This document shows, piece by piece, positions 21,053 to 30,841 of a stretch of 64,000 nt of DNA. Position 1 is the first letter of the stretch; every line of letters begins with the position of its first letter. Origin of the DNA: an uncultured candidate division Zixibacteria bacterium (GTDB lineage: Bacteria; Zixibacteria; MSB-5A5; GN15; PGXB01); NCBI GenBank assembly GCA_963702205.1, contig OY969724.1, forward strand, positions 2,144,001 through 2,208,000, given 5' to 3'. The notes beneath the pieces were generated by a model, which saw only the letters and a list, made by a program, of their open reading frames with translations, did no database searches and was not told where the DNA came from. The position numbers and the translations under genes were made by a program.

Positions 21053-22057
21053 TCAAAAGGTCGAATAGATCAATATCCCGCAGGATATTTTCGCGACTTC
21101 GGCGCAATAATCAAAATTGCAGTTTTCCGGGATATCTTTATCGGTGAAAGTATGGGGGTTGAAATGATATTCCTCGAAAAATATGGTCGGATAACCGGCC
21201 TCATGGAAATACCGGGCGTCGGAATACGGTGTATGATCCGAAGTATCCACCGAAATTATTTTTGTGTACTTACCGCAAATAAAATGCGCCAATGCAGTGA
21301 TATCTTCTGAACCGGGATAGTTCTGAAAGTCGAGCTTCCACTCGGCCGTGTCGGATGCGAAGCTGACCTGATTGTTGTCGATCATCAGTTTAACCATCTT
21401 ACCTTCATGCTTAAGTGCCGCTATGTAGGTCTGACTGCCGCTTTCTCCTTCGACAAACATCGTCATAAATTCTTCCGAACCGAACGCCACAAATTGTATG
21501 GGATACTTCGGTTCGAAACCGGACTGCTTCAAGACCCTCGCGATTTCAAGGCAAATCGCCAGACCGGAGGCGTTGTTGTCGGCACCGGGGGAAAACTTGT
21601 ATGGATCGGCGGTCGGGCCCAGAATCATACAATCGTAATGCGCCCCGAGAACGCAGATAGTATCTTCGGTTTGCTTTCCGGGCAGATTCGCGAGTACATT
21701 GTACTGCAATGAAGTTTCTTTTTTGCCGCTTTGCATCGGCCATTCGATTGTATTTTGAAATCCTTGAATTGCGATGTCGTCATATCCAAATGATTTAAAC
21801 TTGTCGGCGATCCATTTGGCTATATCATTGCGATTATCCGCCAGCATGAAGCGGGTTTTGAAGTCTGTCAATTGTTCTATGTATGATTTAATGCTGTCGG
21901 CATTAATTAAGTTAATCTTGTCCGAAATCAGGCCGTCAAGAGCAGCGGATACTTTAAACTCTTGTGAATCGGTTGTCTGTTTTGCGGGTTCCTGACCCGA
22001 GGCAAAGTTTAGCAGAACAAAGACGAACGCTACCGAATTAAGTAAGACCAACCTCAT
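21053..22057 (-). CDS. Secreted M28-family metallopeptidase
   Basis: GAHYD, GADNNASG, SEE, SD motifs; signal peptide; start moved to the ATG after GGGAGG. Confidence 0.88.
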   Translation of the reverse strand: MRLVLLNSVAFVFVLLNFASGQEPAKQTTDSQEFKVSAALDGLISDKINLINADSIKSYIEQLTDFKTRFMLADNRNDIAKWIADKFKSFGYDDIAIQGFQNTIEWPMQSGKKETSLQYNVLANLPGKQTEDTICVLGAHYDCMILGPTADPYKFSPGADNNASGLAICLEIARVLKQSGFEPKYPIQFVAFGSEEFMTMFVEGESGSQTYIAALKHEGKMVKLMIDNNQVSFASDTAEWKLDFQNYPGSEDITALAHFICGKYTKIISVDTSDHTPYSDARYFHEAGYPTIFFEEYHFNPHTFTDKDIPENCNFDYCAEVAKISCGILIYSTF

Positions 22058-22099
22058 ATTGCCTCCCATTTTTAAAATCTAATTGCGAGAATGGATCTC

Positions 22100-23248
22100 T
22101 TATATCACATTCGTCTCTTCGACCGTGGCGCCTTTGGCGAATCGAGCCGGGGAGAGTGATGATACATCAACCGACGTTTCTTTCCCGCAAATCATCTCGG
22201 CGGCCACCAGTCCCGCCGCCGGAGCGTGCATTAAACCGTGGCCGGAAAATCCATTGTTATAAAACAGGCCCTTAAGCTCGGGTTCGAAGCCGATTATGGC
22301 GTGATGATCCGGTGTTGTTTCGTACAGCCCGGCCCAGGCCTTTTGAATCTCGGCGGTTTCAAGCTTCGGGACGCGGTCGAGCGCTTTCATCAGAATGTTG
22401 TCGGTATAATCGGGATCGACCGATTCATCAAACGCCGGGGGGACGTCCTTATCGGCCCAGCCGAGCAGCAGTCCCGGCGATTCGCGGTGGAAGTATAGGC
22501 CGGAACGCACGTCGACCACCATCGGAAAGGTGTGCAGAATATAGTCCAGCGCGCCGGTCGTGACGATTTGACGCCGGACCGGCTCGACCGGCAATTCTAT
22601 GCCGGTCATCCGAGCGATAACTTTGGCGTACGGCCCGGCGGCATTGACAACCATATTCGTACTTATCATGCCCTTATTGGTCTGTACGGCGGTTATTTTG
22701 TCGCCGGCTAAGGTCAACCCGGTCACTTCGCATTCGGTTTCGATTTCAACTCCGACTTTTTTGGCGGCGGATGCATAGCCCTGGATCATATCGTTGGGGT
22801 CGGCAAGACCATCGTTTTTGCAGAAAGTGGCCTTGATTATGTCATCGGTGCGAACCGGCGGAGCGATTTCGTTGACCTGTTTGATATCGATCAGATCGAC
22901 CGGCAGCCCGAGCGATTTTTGAAGTTCCACGGCTTTGGAAAACTGGGCCAGTTCGTTTTCATCAGAAAGCAGAAACATATAGCCGACCTGGTCATATACA
23001 GCCGGCCAGCCGGTTAATTCTTCGAAATTGACGAGTATTTCTTCGGATTTCATCGACATCTGAATATTGACTTTGGTCGTAAATTGTGCCCGCACGCCGC
23101 CGGCACATTTGGCGGTGGCCCCGGTGCCGAGGAACATCTCTTTTTCCAGCACCAGGATTTTGCCAAATTTCATCTTTGCCAGATTGAAGGCAGTGGCGAG
23201 ACCGACTATCCCCCCACCTACGATTATGGCATCTGCTTTATTGATCAT
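22100..23248 (-). CDS. FAD-dependent oxidoreductase (sarcosine oxidase beta / DAO family)
   Basis: GGGIVG, AGGVRAQF, TPDHHAIIG, GFSGHG. Confidence 0.9.
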   Translation of the reverse strand: MINKADAIIVGGGIVGLATAFNLAKMKFGKILVLEKEMFLGTGATAKCAGGVRAQFTTKVNIQMSMKSEEILVNFEELTGWPAVYDQVGYMFLLSDENELAQFSKAVELQKSLGLPVDLIDIKQVNEIAPPVRTDDIIKATFCKNDGLADPNDMIQGYASAAKKVGVEIETECEVTGLTLAGDKITAVQTNKGMISTNMVVNAAGPYAKVIARMTGIELPVEPVRRQIVTTGALDYILHTFPMVVDVRSGLYFHRESPGLLLGWADKDVPPAFDESVDPDYTDNILMKALDRVPKLETAEIQKAWAGLYETTPDHHAIIGFEPELKGLFYNNGFSGHGLMHAPAAGLVAAEMICGKETSVDVSSLSPARFAKGATVEETNVI

Positions 23249-23447
23249 AGAGTTTTCCTCTACATAAGTATTAGACGTCGAACGTGAAACTTTTCACAAC
23301 AGAAAACTCCCCAATTCAACGCATATTCTTCAATAATTTAGCTTTAGCGTCGGATAAGTCAAGGATATTCGGAGGTTGATGGATATATTCTATTTTTAAA
23401 CCGGAATAAAAAGACCTTGCAATGATTTAAATTTATGATAGATTCCG

Positions 23448-25199
23448 TTGATTATGACTAAGCTGCCAAAAAAACAACTACATAGGATATTCCATTTCTC
23501 GGAAACCCAGATTTTGATTACGATGGCTGTGGTCATCGGTCTGGGCACCGGACTTGGGGCATACTTTTTCACATGGCTGATAGTTACCTGTAAAAATATC
23601 TTCTTCGGATATTCCGAAAGCATTTTGGCAGGGCAGGTCGGACAAATTAAATGGTGGATTCCGGCCATACCGCTGATTGGCGGCCTGATTGTAGGTCCTA
23701 TTGTCTATGGATTTTCAGTAGAAGCCAAAGGACACGGGGTTCCCGAAGTTATGGATGCGGTCGCCCGTAAGGGCGGCGTAATTCGTCCCCGGGTAGCCGT
23801 CGCCAAAGCGGTGGCCTCGGCGATATGTATCGGATCCGGGGGATCGGCCGGACGTGAAGGCCCGATTGTACAGATCGGGTCCGCCATCGGGTCGACGATA
23901 GGGCAATTGTTTAATATGTCATCGGACCGGGTGAAAATCCTGGTTGGATGCGGCGCGGCCGGGGGTATTTCGGCCGTGTTTAACGCGCCTATTGCCGGTG
24001 TCATCTTTTCTCTCGAAATTATTCTCGGTGATTTCGCGATAAAAACCTTCTCGCCAGTGCTGATTTCATCGGTTATTGCCTCGGTCGTGATGCGCGCCTT
24101 CCTCGGTAACAGCCCGGCTTTTCAGGTGCCCGATTATTCCCTGGTATCGGCATGGGAAATACCGCTTTATATGGTTCTGGGGACAATTTGCGGAGGGGTT
24201 GCGGTCCTATTCACCCAGTCGCTTTATCATACAGAGAACTTTTTTGATAAGTTAAAAATAACCAACTGGACAAAACCGGCGATAGGCGGTCTCTTGCTGG
24301 GCACAATCGGTATGTTCTACCCGCAAATATTCGCCGATGGTTATGATACCATCAGGTTGGCCCTTTACGGCCGCATGGCGATTAGTATCACGATTATTTT
24401 GATATTCCTCAAAATAGCCGCGACCAGTTTGACCCTCGGGAGCGGTTCCTCGGGCGGTATTTTTGCGCCGTCGCTGTTTATGGGAGCGGTAACCGGCGCG
24501 TCGTTCGGATATGCCGTGCATTTGTTGTTTCCGTCGGCCACCGCCAGCATGGGAGCATACGCGCTGGTCGGTATGGCGGCGCTAATCGGCGGCACGACTC
24601 ATGCGCCGATGACGGCTATCCTGATAATTTTCGAGATGACCAACGATTATCGGATTATCCTACCATTAATGGTGGCGGTCGTATTTTCGACGCTGGTGGC
24701 AAGGAGACTGTATGAGCCTTCGATCTACACGATCAAGCTCATCAAACGCGGAATATTTCTTAAGGCCGGCAAAGACATCGGCGTTTTGCAGGCGACCAGG
24801 GTCAGTGAAGTCATGAGCGGCGAATATTTCACGATCCCGGCCGACATGCCCGTCACGAGGATTATGGAGACGGTTGAAAAATCACGCGGGACCGATTTTG
24901 CGGTTATCGATAAGCAGGGCAAGTTTGTCGGGATGTTGTCTTTGCTTGACCTGATGGGTGTGTTGACGAAGCATTCTCTGGATAATCTCATTATTGCCAA
25001 AGACATAGTGCTGACAAATCTTGTCACAGTATCTCCCGAAGACACGCTCGAAGAAGCCAATAAGAAGTTTGCGATAAAAGGTTATCGCATGCTGCCGGTC
25101 GTCAACAAGTCTGATCCGTCGATAATGCTCGGTGTACTGCGCCGCTCCGATATGATGAGCGAGTACAATCGCAAGTTGATCGAGACCATAAAGTCATAA
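23448..25199 (+). CDS. ClC chloride channel/antiporter with CBS pair
   Basis: GHGVPEV, GREGP, FNAP, GGIFAPSL, two CBS domains. Confidence 0.95.
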   Translation: MIMTKLPKKQLHRIFHFSETQILITMAVVIGLGTGLGAYFFTWLIVTCKNIFFGYSESILAGQVGQIKWWIPAIPLIGGLIVGPIVYGFSVEAKGHGVPEVMDAVARKGGVIRPRVAVAKAVASAICIGSGGSAGREGPIVQIGSAIGSTIGQLFNMSSDRVKILVGCGAAGGISAVFNAPIAGVIFSLEIILGDFAIKTFSPVLISSVIASVVMRAFLGNSPAFQVPDYSLVSAWEIPLYMVLGTICGGVAVLFTQSLYHTENFFDKLKITNWTKPAIGGLLLGTIGMFYPQIFADGYDTIRLALYGRMAISITIILIFLKIAATSLTLGSGSSGGIFAPSLFMGAVTGASFGYAVHLLFPSATASMGAYALVGMAALIGGTTHAPMTAILIIFEMTNDYRIILPLMVAVVFSTLVARRLYEPSIYTIKLIKRGIFLKAGKDIGVLQATRVSEVMSGEYFTIPADMPVTRIMETVEKSRGTDFAVIDKQGKFVGMLSLLDLMGVLTKHSLDNLIIAKDIVLTNLVTVSPEDTLEEANKKFAIKGYRMLPVVNKSDPSIMLGVLRRSDMMSEYNRKLIETIKS

Positions 25200-25512
25200 T
25201 AATTATCTTCGCAGAAGCCCGATTCCAGTGATATGGTACAAATGGGAAAAGATTTCCTTTTTTGTTCTTGACAAATTTCCAACAATATATTGTATTATAT
25301 ATAATCGTTGATATTACATATGGTGATTGTCTGAATATGATTAATTTCGGATCGAAATAGCTCCATTAATTCACTTGCTTCCGAAGGGGCAAATGTTTAT
25401 TTTTGGTCAGGAGATAAAAATTTAAGTTTTAAAAAAAACTACCCTGCGTTCAGGCGCAGGGAAGAGTGTACTGGATACTCCAGGGCACTAAATTCAACAT
25501 CGGAGGAGGTAC

Positions 25513-25614
25513 ATGAGTATGTACGTACTCACAATCGTCAAACTTGAAGAGAAGGTTGCCCCTGTTGGTTTCGATCAGGGTGGCCAGCTTTTTGGCGGTT
25601 GGGGTGGCGGTTGA
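25513..25614 (+). CDS. Unannotated 33-aa peptide MSMYVLTIVKLEEKVAPVGFDQGGQLFGGWGGG (RiPP-precursor-like or signalling peptide)
   Basis: GGAGGAGGT SD at 25502-25510, immediately before ATG25513 and 8 nt before the alternative ATG25519; TGA followed closely by an in-frame TAA; downstream + strand terminator. Confidence 0.7.
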   Translation: MSMYVLTIVKLEEKVAPVGFDQGGQLFGGWGGG

Positions 25615-25701
25615 TCTTAACGGCTCGATTTGCCAACCAATACTGCCGGGAGTCTTGACCATCATATGCCATTGAGGGCAGGCTCCTCTGTATGTTGACA
25701 T

Positions 25702-25734
25702 GAGGGTAGGTCTTAAAGACCTGCCCCCTTTTTT
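25702..25734 (+). terminator. Intrinsic terminator of the peptide transcript, overlapping the kinase stop codon
   Basis: gggtaggtct-taa-agacctgccc-cc-tttttt. Confidence 0.75.
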
Positions 25735-28700
25735 AGTACAAGCAGTGCGTTCAGCTTCTTTATTTCCTCCCCCAGCGAAATCAGCAGATCGTTCTTCATG
25801 AAAGCCTGCCGGACTTCTTCATCTTTTATATCCGAGGCAGTCTTTTTAAAACCTCCGATGGAATCTTTAAAATGCCCGAAAGCTTTTTCATAATCCTTTT
25901 TTTCGGTATGGACCAACCCCAGGTGATAATCGATCTCGCACATTTCGGGGATAAGCGCCGATTGTGCGGCCAGCGTCCGGGCTTTGGTCAGGACCATCTC
26001 GGCATTGTCCATTTCTCCCGTACGCAGAAGATACAAACCATGCAAATTTTCAAGCCGAGACATTTCCAGATCGGTTTCGCGGCGGTCGAACATGCGGTCG
26101 AGTTCTTCCAGACATTCAGAGGCGAGGGACATTTCATTATGCTTCAGGGCCAACTCGGTCTTTTGAATCAGGACATGGCGGATGCTTCGACCCAGTTTGA
26201 GTTCTTCGGCTATGGCGCGAGCTGCTTCGAGATGGCGATAATCACTGTCGATTTGGCTTTGTAGCATTATCGAGGATATCTGAGCCCGGCGGTCACCGGT
26301 TTTGCGGGAAAGTTCTTCGATTCTTTGATGTCCTTCGTAGGCTTTCCCGAGAACGTTCAATCTGTAGTACAAATCACCGTACTGAATCAGGCACAGGATA
26401 AGATGAGGTTCATCGCCGTTGTTTTCGCTGATGGCAATGGCTCGCCCGATATTGGCCAGTGCCTGGCCGTAATATCCGAGACGTTTTTGCACCGTTGCCA
26501 AACCGCGCAGGAACACACCCTGATGCGCTTCATCGGCCAGCTTCTCCGATATCGAAAGACCTCGCTTTAAATGACTTATCGACTCGCGCAGCCGTCCGGC
26601 ATAAAGCATTACCAGCGTAAGGTTTTCGAGATTAAAAAGCAGGCTTTTCTGACTTCCGGTTTTTTCATTGAGCTGAAGGGATTCTTCGAGGCATTCGATG
26701 GCTTTGTCCGCAAGGCCCAGTTCGGAATAGACGTAACCGAGATTGTTGAGCGTTCGCGCTATTTCGATAGCGTTGCCGGTGAGGCGCTTCAGCCGAAGCG
26801 ACAGCCGGAACAGGCGAATAGCCCGGTCGAAACGCTCCCGGTAGAAATAAATCGACGCCATATTGGTCAGGGTGGAGGCGACGTCGTCGATGGCCTGCAG
26901 CTTTCTTTGTATTTTGAACGCGCGCCAATAGTACGCATAAGCATCGTCGTAGCGGGCGTCGATCCAGTAAATGTTACCCATATTGTTGAGCGTGTGGGAC
27001 AGCTCGAGTTGGTCGTCGATTTGGTGGAATATTTGTTCGGCCTGGCGAAGAGCCTTAAGACCGGACGTGTAATCCTGTTTCATTTTGTACAGGTCGCCGA
27101 GTTCCTTGAAAACTTCGGCCAGGAATTTATCTTCTTTACCGCTCCGGCAAAGTTCTATTATTTCAAGAAGGACCTTTTCAGCATAACCGATCTGCCCGGC
27201 GCGCTTGGCCAGTTCGGCTTTCTGTTTGAGCAGAATTTTTAACCGTTCGGTGTCAGAATTCTTGCGGGCCAGAGCGACGTACTTATCCAGAATGTCTTCG
27301 GCCAGGTTGTACTGAGCGGCATTGATTGCTTCATTGGAAGAGTCGAGGGCGAGAGAAAAGCCTTGTTCAAGTTGTTCCGCTCGTGAATAAAGCAATGCCG
27401 CCAGATAATGATCCTTAATGTCGGCCGCTTTGCGGGCGAGTTTTTGATTGATCCTTTGGACAGTATACGGTGATACGCATTTATTCAGATAGGTCAATAG
27501 CGGTGGGGGAAAGCTATTTATATCGTCTCCGGTGATTTGATCCAGAGTCATGGCATTCTGCACATTGCCAAGCACGGTACATATGATCGCTTTCTTTTTA
27601 TTGGATACATTCATGTTATTGAATGCATCAGCCTGACGTCTTTGCAGACGATTAGGCCAGCATAATTCCTTGTCATTGGCGGAAGCAATCAATAGACCGT
27701 CATCGCTCCAGACAAAATTGCCTTTGCTGAAATTTATCTCGAATATATGGCGAATTAAAACGGGGTCATCACCGGCGTATGATCTAATCGTCTCGAGGCA
27801 TTTGTCATCCAGCTTGAAAGGCGATTTGCTCAGGGTACTTAATCCATCATCTCCGTCAAGCGTCTGGAGGATATGTTTTGGCCGAATCATTTCTTTGTAC
27901 GACAAAGTTGCTCCGATGTTTTCCAGTTCGCGACAGATACAAAAGGCGTCCTGAACTCGATCCTGCGGGCATTTGGCCAGCATGTTCATGATTAGCGTGG
28001 ACAAATCCGATGGAATCTTCTTATTCAGTACCGATGGTGGTTCAGGCTCATGCTCCTTAATGCGGGAATTAGTCCTGACCGGGTCGCTGCTTTTATCCAT
28101 GAACGGATGGATGCCGGTGGCCAGAATGTACGCTACAATGCCGAAGGCAAAGATATCCGACTTATGTGTCAAGGTACCGTCAACAAGCGTTTCGGGGGCA
28201 ATGTAGCCGACCGTCCCGATACCCAGCCGGTTGCGATTGGTACTATTATCCCACAGCGCGAGAGAGAAGTCGGAGATTTTTGTATAGACTTTGCCGCCGT
28301 CGCGCAGCTTTGCAAGCGGTGTGGAGAGAAAGACGTTTTGCGGTTTGAAATCCCCGTGGGACAATCCGGCCAACTTCAGATAGTACAGGTTTATTGATAT
28401 CGACGACAGCAGATTGAGAAGCGTAGTCGCGTCCTCAACCGGGCCTATTTCGTCCAGAGTCTCGCCGGGGCAATATTCCATAGTGAGGAACGGATTGCGC
28501 TCGTCGTCATCATTCAATTCGCAAACCCTGACCAGGCCGGGATAGGATAATCCGTCGATCAGATCATATTCTTTTTTAATTAGAGGAAGAAATTGACGTA
28601 CTTCGCCCGGCGCCGAATCGATGGAAGTCTTGAGGGCGACCGGTTTTTCTTTGGCGGGCGACGTGGCAAGATAGACTCGGGCAGTGCCCCCGCTTCCGAT

Positions 28701-28748
28701 GGGGCGAATTATTTTGAAGCGTCCGATACTTTCAAACTCATCCGACAT
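25713..28748 (-). CDS. Hanks-type Ser/Thr kinase fused to a long TPR array
   Basis: GSGGTARV, VALK, HGDFKPQN, DFS, GT.GY.APE; many TPRs (LNNMGNIY, LNNLGYVY). Confidence 0.9.
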   Translation of the reverse strand: MSDEFESIGRFKIIRPIGSGGTARVYLATSPAKEKPVALKTSIDSAPGEVRQFLPLIKKEYDLIDGLSYPGLVRVCELNDDDERNPFLTMEYCPGETLDEIGPVEDATTLLNLLSSISINLYYLKLAGLSHGDFKPQNVFLSTPLAKLRDGGKVYTKISDFSLALWDNSTNRNRLGIGTVGYIAPETLVDGTLTHKSDIFAFGIVAYILATGIHPFMDKSSDPVRTNSRIKEHEPEPPSVLNKKIPSDLSTLIMNMLAKCPQDRVQDAFCICRELENIGATLSYKEMIRPKHILQTLDGDDGLSTLSKSPFKLDDKCLETIRSYAGDDPVLIRHIFEINFSKGNFVWSDDGLLIASANDKELCWPNRLQRRQADAFNNMNVSNKKKAIICTVLGNVQNAMTLDQITGDDINSFPPPLLTYLNKCVSPYTVQRINQKLARKAADIKDHYLAALLYSRAEQLEQGFSLALDSSNEAINAAQYNLAEDILDKYVALARKNSDTERLKILLKQKAELAKRAGQIGYAEKVLLEIIELCRSGKEDKFLAEVFKELGDLYKMKQDYTSGLKALRQAEQIFHQIDDQLELSHTLNNMGNIYWIDARYDDAYAYYWRAFKIQRKLQAIDDVASTLTNMASIYFYRERFDRAIRLFRLSLRLKRLTGNAIEIARTLNNLGYVYSELGLADKAIECLEESLQLNEKTGSQKSLLFNLENLTLVMLYAGRLRESISHLKRGLSISEKLADEAHQGVFLRGLATVQKRLGYYGQALANIGRAIAISENNGDEPHLILCLIQYGDLYYRLNVLGKAYEGHQRIEELSRKTGDRRAQISSIMLQSQIDSDYRHLEAARAIAEELKLGRSIRHVLIQKTELALKHNEMSLASECLEELDRMFDRRETDLEMSRLENLHGLYLLRTGEMDNAEMVLTKARTLAAQSALIPEMCEIDYHLGLVHTEKKDYEKAFGHFKDSIGGFKKTASDIKDEEVRQAFMKNDLLISLGEEIKKLNALLVLKKGAGL

Positions 28749-30563
28749 TTAATCTTTGGTTTTATGTTCGCGGGGCAAAGATATCGTAAAGCTCGTGCCC
28801 TGGCCGACTTTCGACTGCACCGCAATTTCACCCCGATGCGATTCGACTATTTTCCTGCAGTTGGCCAGCCCCAATCCGTGTCCCGAATCTTTGGTCGTGT
28901 AGTGCGGCGTGAATATTTTTGTCAAGCCTTCTTCGCCAATGCCGCAGCCGTTGTCGGCGACCGTGATTTCGGCGAGGTGTTTTCTTTTGTCGTATGAAGT
29001 CGAGATGTCGATGCGCCGCTTGTAGCCTTTTTCTTTGCCTTCCGAGGAGGCCCGGTCGTCGGTGGCGTCGGCGGCGTTGTTGAGCAGGTTCATCAGGACC
29101 TGCTGGATTTGTCCGACGTCGATCTGAATGGTAGGCATGTCACTGTCGAGGTCGACCGTGAAATCGACCTGCTTGAAACGGGCCTGCGGTTTAATAGAGA
29201 ACAGCAGGTCTTCCACCAACAGTTTGAGGTCATAGCTGATAACTTCGGTTTCAAGCTTGGAGAAATCCATCAGTCCATCGGTGAACCGTTTCATCTTCTT
29301 GATGCTTTCGATAATCTGGGCCGCGTTGCGGGTGGCTTTATCGGTGGAGCCTTTATCGATATTGAGGGCGAGAAGTTCGGCGTTGTTGGCGATGATGGTC
29401 AGATAGTTGTTCAGTTCGTGGCCGATCGAGGCCGCCATTTCTCCCCGGGCAACGAGTTTCTCGGAAAGAATGACGTATTTTTCCATGATGACTTTTTCGG
29501 TGATATCCTCGATAATGAGGATGAGCCCGTCGCCGCCGTACGGAATCTGGTTGGTCGGAGATATCTTAATCGACAGGACTTTTTCTTCATAGCCGGTATT
29601 GTGGAAATAGCGGGCGTCTTCGTAGGACTGGTTGGTGGTGAGGGCGACGTCGATCATCTGCCGCCATTTGGAGGTTTCCGTTTCCGGAATCAAATTCAAA
29701 AATTTGGTGGGGGTTTCTTTGGGATGATACGGGGTGATATCATCCTTGTTTTTTTCAAGAGTGGCGAGGGCGGCGTCGTTTATGGAAATTACATTGTATC
29801 CCGAGTCGATGACGACAATCCCGACCGGGGAATTATTTATTACGGTTTCGTTGTATTTTTTCAAATCGAGGACGTGAAAGTACAGTCCTGAATTATGAAT
29901 CGCGTTGGCCGCCTGCTGGGCGAACAACTCAAACAGGAACAGGTCGGATTTTAAAAACAGTTTGGCCTGCAACGAATTATCGAGATAAATAATGCCGATT
30001 ACGCTGTTCTTGATTTTCAGGGGAACGCACATAATGGAGCGAAGGTGCAACTCGCGGACGGATTTCTGTTCGGCATATCGTTCATCGGACTGGGCGTCGG
30101 ATGTGTAGATGGACTTGCCGGAACTGGCGACCTGATCGGCGATGGAGTTGGATATCTTGAAATCTTCGTCCATCATGGCTTCTTTGCACAAGTTGTACGC
30201 CGTTTTGAACTGCAGCTTGTTTGATTCATCAAGAAGCATGATAAAGCCGCGTTCCGCCGAGAGCAGTTCGATGGCTTTCTTCATGACAATCTGCAATATG
30301 TCTTCGAGAACGAGAGAGGAATTTACCGCTTGAGAAACGTGGAGAAGGCCGCGCAAATCATCGAGCGATTTGGTCGCGGTGACCTCGTCCTTTTCGATGC
30401 GCGGATTGGCTCCGGCTATTTCATCGAGAGCGGCTTCCATTTCGGCCAGGGCATTGCCGGATTCCGAAACTTTCAGCCGTTGAGTATCTTCATCAACCGG
30501 GCCGGAGTCGTCGAAAATAATGTCCGGCTTAAACTTTGTTGCATTTCCCTGATATTCGTCCAT
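28749..30563 (-). CDS. Cytoplasmic GAF-PAS sensor histidine kinase
   Basis: GAF (SIMCVPL), PAS, H-box HELNN, N-box NLL.NA.DA, DNG.G and G.GLGL. Confidence 0.92.
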   Translation of the reverse strand: MDEYQGNATKFKPDIIFDDSGPVDEDTQRLKVSESGNALAEMEAALDEIAGANPRIEKDEVTATKSLDDLRGLLHVSQAVNSSLVLEDILQIVMKKAIELLSAERGFIMLLDESNKLQFKTAYNLCKEAMMDEDFKISNSIADQVASSGKSIYTSDAQSDERYAEQKSVRELHLRSIMCVPLKIKNSVIGIIYLDNSLQAKLFLKSDLFLFELFAQQAANAIHNSGLYFHVLDLKKYNETVINNSPVGIVVIDSGYNVISINDAALATLEKNKDDITPYHPKETPTKFLNLIPETETSKWRQMIDVALTTNQSYEDARYFHNTGYEEKVLSIKISPTNQIPYGGDGLILIIEDITEKVIMEKYVILSEKLVARGEMAASIGHELNNYLTIIANNAELLALNIDKGSTDKATRNAAQIIESIKKMKRFTDGLMDFSKLETEVISYDLKLLVEDLLFSIKPQARFKQVDFTVDLDSDMPTIQIDVGQIQQVLMNLLNNAADATDDRASSEGKEKGYKRRIDISTSYDKRKHLAEITVADNGCGIGEEGLTKIFTPHYTTKDSGHGLGLANCRKIVESHRGEIAVQSKVGQGTSFTISLPREHKTKD

Positions 30564-30841
30564 ATACGTTTACCCCAGTCCTGCCTAAAGGCTAGTAGTT
30601 TAATTTTTTATCGGCACTTGAGGGCATTCTCTTAAGGTATAGAAGGAAGATGAAAATCGGCGACGGCGAAGGCAGGCCTTGTTTTTGCAGTATCTTTGTG
30701 GTTTTTTGATTTAGTCTTTGTTAAAATTGGACAAAATCGGTCGGAACACGACACGCGTAATGATGTGTCAGAAAATGACTTAGTGCAAATGGCCAAAAAT
30801 TGACAAACGGAACGCTTGAAACTCAATTTTCCTGTTTTATT

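Noticed and set aside
25450..25701. 83-aa minus-strand ORF from the track
   Set aside because: Antisense to the better supported + strand peptide, which has an SD and a terminator; no family features
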